A DNA stretch of 64,000 nucleotides, taken from Elsinoe ampelina. Lineage: Eukaryota. The number at the start of each line of letters is the position of its first letter. Position 1 is the stretch's first letter. The notes under the pieces were generated by a model. It was not told where the DNA came from. It did not search any database and saw only the letters and a program-made list of their open reading frames with translations. This document shows, one piece after another, positions 56,733-64,000 of this stretch. Made by a program: the position numbers and the translations under genes. The stretch lies in contig ML992512.1 of assembly GCA_010093995.1 (NCBI GenBank), positions 637,319-701,318 on the forward strand, read 5' to 3'.

Positions 56733-59691
56733 AACCAGCATGTGCAGCTTGCAGCAAAGAAACCAACAACGCCATGACGGTCTCAGCAGGAGGACAAGGA
56801 AGGATTGTATGGACTCCGTCCCCGACATGACTCCTGTCACAAGTCAGGCTCCACGATACAATACACAAAGACTATGTACAACTATTTGAGATTCAAGCGG
56901 ACCGTGCCCGCAGGATCCGCATCCACCGCGAACCACGAGCCTCTGCACAACAAGGCTTGCAGGCGGCAGGAATTGGCGGACGGCACCAAAACGCCATGTG
57001 AGAAAGCTCAGGTCGGACATATACAGTATCGGCATGAAAAGCGCGCGTGGGAATTGGAATGGCGTGCATCTGAGGAGGCAGGCGGCTTGACCAGAGAGAC
57101 CAAAAAGCAAGACATTACTGTACCACTATCTACAGCATAGCACTCATAGAATAGACATCACATCACGCGAGCCTTTACCCTTTCTCGTCGAGACATCCCC
57201 CTTCCGACCCAAGCCACTTGTCCCGCAAGGAGCGGAAATGACCTCTAAAAACCCACCATCTCGCTTCTAACGCCTACAAGAAAACGTCCAATCCTCGTAT
57301 AGCACACGTTCACCCCGATCACGATCTTCCTCAGCGGCTGCAGGCTTTGGGTTCGGCTGAGGGCTCAGCTGAAGCCGTTGCCCACGGATACAAATACCGT
57401 GCAGATATGCTCGGTGTGCGTGCAGGAGAACCCGACAGCCCGACCAGAGCCGGGCGATGCTATTCCGAGACCCAAGGGCGCGGGATGGGGGGAGCAGTGC
57501 AGTTGGGGGAGAGGAATGCAGGTGCGTTGAGACGATATCGTTGCATGGGGCATGGCATGGGTTGGGGGTCACGAGGGGAGCAGGGATCGGGTCAGCGTAC
57601 GCCATTCGACGCCGGTTGTGAGTGCGACGGTAAGGTTTGGGATGCAGTAGTGTCGTGCAGCACGGGGGGAGATGGCGGCCGGGCTTGTCCGTCGAGGCTT
57701 GGTGGTCCTAACGTGTGCAGGTGCTGAATCTGCTGATATGCTTTGAGGTGCGTCTGCTGGGCGTGCATGCGGGTTTCGTCGGGGAGCGTGAGTAAGCTTT
57801 TATTGAGCGGAGTCGTTTCCGAGGGCACTTGCGAGGAGGAGATGGTGAATTTGGAGCTTTGTATAATGGGGTGTTTGGGCATGGGTGGTGCATTTGTTGA
57901 TGTTGCGCTCTGAAAGCCACGCTGTCATGGAGGCGGTCCATACTGCTCCTTGTGAACAAGGTCTCGCGGTTGACGGGAGCTCAAGCCTGCGACCTCGGTG
58001 AAGGTGAAGGGTGACTTGGATTCTTACTCAAGCCACATCATCGTGGTCGGAAGAACTATCTCGACAAAAATTCCGACATGGGACAAGGATGATGAACTCT
58101 GATAGGCGGGATGAGGGTCAGTTTTTGGAATAATCTGGGCTATCCCCACGTGTGCTTGAACTGTCTTGGCACGATCTGCGATAGCCGAGGGAGGAAACCA
58201 CTTCCCTTCCCTTGTTCAAGCACCTGCAGATCGCAGAGACATATCACCGCGGCCTTGACCTGGTTGTTTGTACACCTGGACCAAGATGCTGGATAATGCA
58301 AGTCTGGACTGAGAGATGCAGAGACGACAGTTGACCAATTCTCGGCCATGTGAAATTCTTTCATATCTCTCAAAAGGCTTCTGGAATGAACAACGGAAGC
58401 CCCAAAAAGAATGACAAATTGTCCCCGAAACCCTTCGCCGTTTATCATCGGCAACCCAATCTCGCCCTGCTGCACCCTTGTTCTCTCGCGACGAATCACG
58501 AGCGGATCCTCAGCTTCGGGTCAGCCGACATTTGTCACACCAAGAGACCGGAGACGAGACGTTGCTGCTTCAGCTTCTGTGACAATTGGACATGCGAGTC
58601 AGATGCCACTGGCGATCTCTCGGACAGCACCGTCAACAGGACATCATCAATCTACAACGCGTCTAGCATGCTTCTTCAGCTGCCTGATCTTGCTCTTCTG
58701 CCGCAGCCGTGTTGTGCTAGCTCACGATGTCTGCGACATGGACAATCACCTGTCCATCGATTGTCCAATTATCCCAACCGGATATCGTCGCAGGGCTTTC
58801 TTTTTGGTTGCTCTGGTTGAATTGCTCATGGTCCGTTATGCACAAAATTTGTCAAACACGCCCCGCCAGGCCCTCGTTGCCCATTCACACGTCGCACATC
58901 CTTGACCCGACACCAGGGATCCAATTGTCCATTGGCTCGTGCCAGACTTCCGGACGTTGAACCGTTCTTGCGCCTCTCGGTACCGTCCCAGATGTTCACC
59001 TCTCGGCTGTCTGGCTTCCGTCCAATATCGCTCTCTGCAATTTGAGATTCCTCTTCCCACGAACACGTCCTCACCATCGACCTCCAATCGTGACACAAGT
59101 CGTCTCCCAGATCAGGTTTGTACCGAGATTGACCGCACAAAGGATCTTCCAATTTCCTTTCACGTCAAGACTTTCCCTCTATGACTCTTCCTCCCTTGTG
59201 CAACAATGCATCATTCATCTCGGCAGCCTGCAGCGCTTGCACCTCCAACCCACATCGTGAACCACAGTCCATCATATTTGAGAAAGGGAACCACTCAACC
59301 TCAACCGTCGTAACGGGTTTCGAGTCCTCCTTCATACAACCTTAACCTATCGTACAGTCATTGCTATTCCAGGACCGGGTCTGTATCCCATACTGTTGCA
59401 CCTTCCAAGACATATATTCGCCCTATCTCCCGTTGTATTTTACCTGGACAGTACACAAGAGCGCTACGCGAACCATTCGATTTCCGGTACGACCACACTC
59501 TGGCTCCTCTATCCGCTCGCGGGCTCATATCCAATTACCATTCAACTCTAAGCACACACTGTGGCCTTCCAAATATCGTCTCACACATCACTGGACCAGC
59601 CTCGGACAACTCACACCGCCGTCTTTGTCACACCTAAACGTCCCACCTTTATCTCTGATCTGGTCTGCAATTTCTACATCACTCAAAGACC

Positions 59692-60006
59692 ATGCCTTCT
59701 GCTCCATCACAACGAACAAGCACGTCGAGCAGACCATCACACGGCTCTCCAACTTTCACATCATCCTCGCAAGGCTACGCCTATCCCCCACAAGCATACC
59801 AGATGAACGCTCAACGTGCCCACCAGGGCCAGCAACAGTCCAACTACAACCCTGCCGCCATTCACTCTTGGGTCCAAGGTGTCCAGCAGAACCAGCCCAG
59901 GCAGCAAGTCAACATGAATGATCCGGCTGTCCAGGCATACATGCAGGCCAAGTTGGGCCTTTACCAGCAGGCAGCCCAGCAAGGCTCGAGCAAGAAGGGG
60001 AAGTGA
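59692..60006 (+). CDS. Small Gln/Ser/Tyr-rich hypothetical protein (104 aa)
   Basis: Good start context (AAGACCATG), mostly C/G-ending codons, isolated in a long intergenic region. No recognisable family. Confidence 0.55.
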   Translation: MPSAPSQRTSTSSRPSHGSPTFTSSSQGYAYPPQAYQMNAQRAHQGQQQSNYNPAAIHSWVQGVQQNQPRQQVNMNDPAVQAYMQAKLGLYQQAAQQGSSKKGK

Positions 60007-61282
60007 GGGACGATCTGGAACTCATCAACCGTCAACATCGAAGCTGCCAACGCCGCGTCGTCATTTTTGTCCGGCTAGAACGCATGTCATGTAAATTGCA
60101 TCTCCAACCATGCCTTGACATGAAGGACCCCTGAGCTCGCCCGCAGCACCATCTCTCTGTCTGCTACCTCGTTGCCGCATCTTCCACAGAGGCTCCTTTC
60201 AAGCAAGCCGATGTCTCCACAACCACCTCCGACAGCACGCCCTGAGCGAAGCCAACCACTCTCTGCAGACCCCTACCACTCCACCTCGTCCTCTACTCAC
60301 GTCGCGACCCGCCCGTCAACAATCCAATACGCCATCACGATTCTGGCCACCTTTTACCCTTCTCAATCAAAGGCTGCACTCCCCCCCTTCACGACTCATG
60401 ATACACCTCCGCTCCTGACCCTGGACTTGTATTTCCAGCAAGCATCGAACTGGAGGCTATTTGTTCATCACGACTCACGACATCTGTTTTTGCACCCTGT
60501 TTGTCTACCGCGCTAGTCAGATACCACAGCCCGAGAGGCTTAATGAATGATCATCTTTCCACATGACTCCCTCTCCCGCTTCTCTTTCTTTCCTGACCCA
60601 AAGTTGGCCGGCTCTGCTTGCTCACCTCGTTTGTGCCCTCCAGCCGTGACCTCTGTGACCCGTTCATGAATGCTCCTGTTCACAGTGCCATGATATGCGA
60701 CTTCTCCCAAATGGCTTCCGTCAAGTGCGAGTCGCGCTCGGGATCCTATCTTCTCGTCTTTGACGCGGCACGCTATAAAGGTTCTGCTATGGATGACCAG
60801 CACGGCGACACCTGTCACAGCGGGACATCCACGGTGCTAGTACAGTGACGAGACTCAGTCGAGACATCTTTTGCTCGTGCCGAATGTTTGCTCAAGAGGT
60901 CGTGTAGAGCCAGACGCCGTCACGTGTCTGATGGGCCGCAGGTTCGTTGGATCGAGGTCGCGTGAGGCTGCGTCCTGCTTATAGCTAGCCGGCCTCCACG
61001 AGTCTGACGAGCGTATGCATGCCTTGGTCAAGAGCGAAAACCTCGTACAGACCAGGTACTTTTGTTACAGTTCGACACGCGTAGTAAAGAAAGAAGAGAC
61101 ACGGTCCAAGAAGATAGGTAGAGGAAAAAGAAGATGTCTATACCGTGTATCCCAAAACGCCATGACCAGGTCCGTAGACCGGCTTTTTTCTACCCTCTAT
61201 GAGCCCGACATAGGAGATATATACACCAGATCCTGGCACCTTCCCCTCTCCATCTCCCTTCCCTTCCACCTCCTCCCACCCT

Positions 61283-62671
61283 CTAGCTCGACGCCGTCCC
61301 ATTCACTTCCACAGTCACATTCCCCCCAACCACCGCACCCCACTCCTTCCCCTCCCACACCCCGCCCTTCACCGTCCCACTCCCCCAAGTATCATAAACC
61401 TCCCCCAACGCACTCTTCCCCATTCCATCCTGGCCCATCAACATGCCCTTGACATTCGCATCCATAAAAAAGCTATACCCAGCAACATCCTCCTGGGCAT
61501 CCATCCACGCCATGACCTCCTTCAAAAACCCCTCATTCTCAGCATCCGTATACCCCCCCTCCTCATCCGTCAACGCAAACTCAGTCACCCAAATCGGGCG
61601 CCCCCCCGCCACTTGGCGCGTCGCATTGATGAAACTCTTAAAGTAATCCGCCCCGGCGTACTTGTTGCTGTACCAGTGCACGTTGACGAAATCAAACGTG
61701 CACCCGTCGCAGGCCGCCATGAAGCGGCCCAGCCAGTCCAGGCCGTGGGGCGCGCCGGCGTTGGTCACGGCGGGGGCGCCGAGGTGGGCACGCCCGGAGT
61801 AGGGTTGCATGTGCGATTTGTACGTCGCGACGGCGTCGGAGAGGCTCATGCATGAGGAGCCGGTGAAGCAGCCGTCGGGTTCGTTGAAGGAGAAGAGGTG
61901 CGTGACGTTGCGGGCCAGGGCGGCTTCGACGGCTGTGGGCCAGAGGGTGAGGAGCGACGGTTGGTTGGACCAGAGCATGGGGATGTGCATGAGGGAGGGG
62001 TTGGCGGTGGGGCACGAGGTGAGGGAGTCGGTGCAGGGCGACATATACCAGTTGTAGGTCCAGGTTACTTGGGAGGTGGAGGAGAGGGAGGTGTTGAGGA
62101 GCGGGGTGCTAGCGTTGATGGGGAGGGGTGAGGTGCCGAAGGGGTTGGTGAATTGTGGGTTGTTGTAGGCGAGACCACGCTTGCCAGGGGTGCGGGCGTT
62201 GGAGACGGGGGAGGCGACGGGGAGAGAAGAGGAGGTGGAGCTCGGGAGGAGGGATGAGGTAGCTGCGGGTTTCTTTGCCTTCTTCAATGTGGTAGTTGTG
62301 GTGGTAGTTGTCGTGGTCGGTGTAGTGGTTGGTTTCCGGCGGCGAGTGGTGGTAGTGGTAGTGGTTGTAGTAGTCGTCTTGCTGGTCTTGGTCTTTTTAG
62401 TCTTGCGCTCCGTCGTCGTTGTCGTAGTCTTGCGGGTGGGCGTCTTTTTGGCAGGTGTCTTTTTCGCAGCAGTCGTCTTCGGCGTAGAAGCTGCTTTAGC
62501 TGCCTTGATCTGGGCAAAGAGCTCGACGATATTCTTCGCTACCGACACCTCCTGAATAATCTCGACAGTGTCCTCGGCCACATCTTGAGCCGTCCTATCA
62601 GTGGGCGCACCCAGCACGCCCTCGCCAGCCGAGGCTAGGAGCAGACAAGCTGCCCACGACTTGACCAACAT
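61283..62671 (-). CDS. Secreted GH128 / Asl1-like beta-1,3-glucanase with Lys/Thr-rich linker
   Basis: Signal peptide; GKRGLAYN, WTYNW, IPMLW, FNEPD, APAVTN, VHWY, PIWVTEF. Confidence 0.88.
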   Translation of the reverse strand: MLVKSWAACLLLASAGEGVLGAPTDRTAQDVAEDTVEIIQEVSVAKNIVELFAQIKAAKAASTPKTTAAKKTPAKKTPTRKTTTTTTERKTKKTKTSKTTTTTTTTTTTRRRKPTTTPTTTTTTTTTTLKKAKKPAATSSLLPSSTSSSLPVASPVSNARTPGKRGLAYNNPQFTNPFGTSPLPINASTPLLNTSLSSTSQVTWTYNWYMSPCTDSLTSCPTANPSLMHIPMLWSNQPSLLTLWPTAVEAALARNVTHLFSFNEPDGCFTGSSCMSLSDAVATYKSHMQPYSGRAHLGAPAVTNAGAPHGLDWLGRFMAACDGCTFDFVNVHWYSNKYAGADYFKSFINATRQVAGGRPIWVTEFALTDEEGGYTDAENEGFLKEVMAWMDAQEDVAGYSFFMDANVKGMLMGQDGMGKSALGEVYDTWGSGTVKGGVWEGKEWGAVVGGNVTVEVNGTASS

Positions 62672-63493
62672 GATTCCTGATCAGTTGAGACGGTGTTGGT
62701 AGCTCCTGGATTTTCTTCTTGACTATCTTTGGGTCCAAAGGGATGTCGAGAGCATAGGCGGCAGTGGCAGCGCACGGCGCAGATATAAAGATTGACTTGA
62801 CAAGGATGATACGAAACATTTTTTCTAGATGGTCTGGTAGAAAGGAAGCAGGATTCAATGGTGTAAACATGTGCATCGTCGGATGCGTGGTCTGTACACG
62901 CAAATTGCCATGAAACTGGTGGTGGACGTTGTCGAACGGTGTAGTCGCCGTTGGCTTCATTGCTCTAGAAGGTGGAGGAGAGGAAATGCCACAATGGTAT
63001 AATCTTCACCTTCATTTACTTACTGGTATCATTTCGAGCATGTCACGAGATTGTTCAAAGTGGTCGGATGATAGTGTTGATGATATTCGAGTTGTGGTGA
63101 TTGCAAGGAAGGAGATCAAGTCGTAAACCGATACGAAAGTACTTTGGAGCAAAAACCCCACCTCTCAATCAGGTGACCCGTTTCAGAGCCGCTATAATCT
63201 CGCCTTATCACTATCGATTCAACCACAACACGTGCAACCCGTCAAGAACTTCCCGTCGGGCCTCCGCCAGCATCCCTAGACCCTTCATGTCTCTCCTCGG
63301 AGGTGATTCGTGGCGATGCCACGTCTGCCATCTTCTCGGCATCCAGATCCGTCGACGACGGCTCAACAGGCTTCCACGAACGATTGTTGGAGGTGAAACA
63401 TTACTCTTTACATCAAGTCTAGAAGGTATAGACGCTCTTGGAAACCGCCCTCAGGCGTCCAGCGCAAGTCCAAGCGCTCATACATGGCTTGGT

Positions 63494-64000
63494 CTAGTAA
63501 TTGTCGCCTTCCCAAAAGTTGGCGGCTCCCTCAAGGTCATCCACATTCAGAAGGTCAACGCCCTCGTCGTATAGCTGTCGCCATACTGCATTTCTAGTAC
63601 CGACTGGCCACAACGGTAGCTCCCAGTATCTAGTCCTGATACCCTTTGACTTTGCGGTCGCGACTTGGCTTCGGAGAAGGGACAATTGAGTATCGTTGAG
63701 ACCCTTTGTCCTGACCGTGCCAAACGCGCGAAGGAAGCTGGTGCTGGCAATGGGGCTTACGTTGGCGGTGATGTTGCTGAAAGATGTGCCAAGGGTGGGA
63801 ATCGGGGCATCCCAGAAATAGTCTCGTGGGCTGACACCTTGAACCTGAGCGAGAGGAGTGTTGCCCGTGCCAATTACGGTCACTGCACCAGGGGTGACTG
63901 TCCCATTGCTGCTGACAGTGGTGAGCCAGCCGCGTTCGCGGAGAGGCTGCAGTGCTTGAACAGCGACAGGCCATGTGGTAGGACCGTTCGTCTTGATGTC
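63494..64000 (-). CDS. AIM6: Aim6-like PLC-type phosphodiesterase, C-terminal part (5' end outside the window)
   Basis: DIKT...LQPLRERGWL, TVIGTGNTP, YFWDAP, AKSKGIRTRYW, VDLLNVDDL. Confidence 0.75.
   Translation of the reverse strand, partial: DIKTNGPTTWPVAVQALQPLRERGWLTTVSSNGTVTPGAVTVIGTGNTPLAQVQGVSPRDYFWDAPIPTLGTSFSNITANVSPIASTSFLRAFGTVRTKGLNDTQLSLLRSQVATAKSKGIRTRYWELPLWPVGTRNAVWRQLYDEGVDLLNVDDLEGAANFWEGDNY

Noticed and set aside
57267..57959. Several short minus-strand ORFs
   Set aside because: No coherent splice model or family motif; they lie in a skewed-composition domain.

Overview
Gene-dense eukaryotic DNA from a filamentous ascomycete (Pezizomycotina, plausibly Dothideomycetes; inferred from gene families and short 46-58 nt GT-AG introns with CTRAC-type branch points). 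About 30 protein-coding genes can be built by hand. In order: a >940-aa secreted Ser/Thr-rich protein missed by the ORF track, CFD1, TIM22, GH10 xylanase, nmrA, a BTB protein, a Sid1-like kinase, an AlkB-like oxygenase, a GFA/CENP-V protein, a chromodomain-HDA2/3-like protein, a GGCT/AIG2-like protein, a PQ-loop protein, a divergent HapX, an Apa-type ATP adenylyltransferase, UGO1, YAH1, a Ulp2-like protease, class II eIF4E, SRP54, RRP15, a PBP2 protein, a PSI-domain protein, a Lys/Pro-repeat H1-like protein, COQ3, an NAD(P)-binding protein, RTT109, MRPL15, MRP7, a divergent afeA-like/tmpA-like pair, a small Q-rich protein, GH128 and AIM6 (partial). No tRNA, rRNA, CRISPR or intact transposon was recognised. 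The most notable observations are: (1) about a dozen recurrent ~1-kb domains in which the + strand switches abruptly from C-rich to G-rich, independent of gene strand, reshaping codons, introns and protein loops; (2) the afeA/tmpA-like signal-biosynthesis pair; (3) a candidate intron-hosted orphan C/D snoRNA in an apparently non-coding transcript; (4) a head-to-head AlkB/GFA pair; (5) a HapX-like factor with a strongly altered basic region. Family calls rest on recalled motifs, with no database searches. Splice models are manual.
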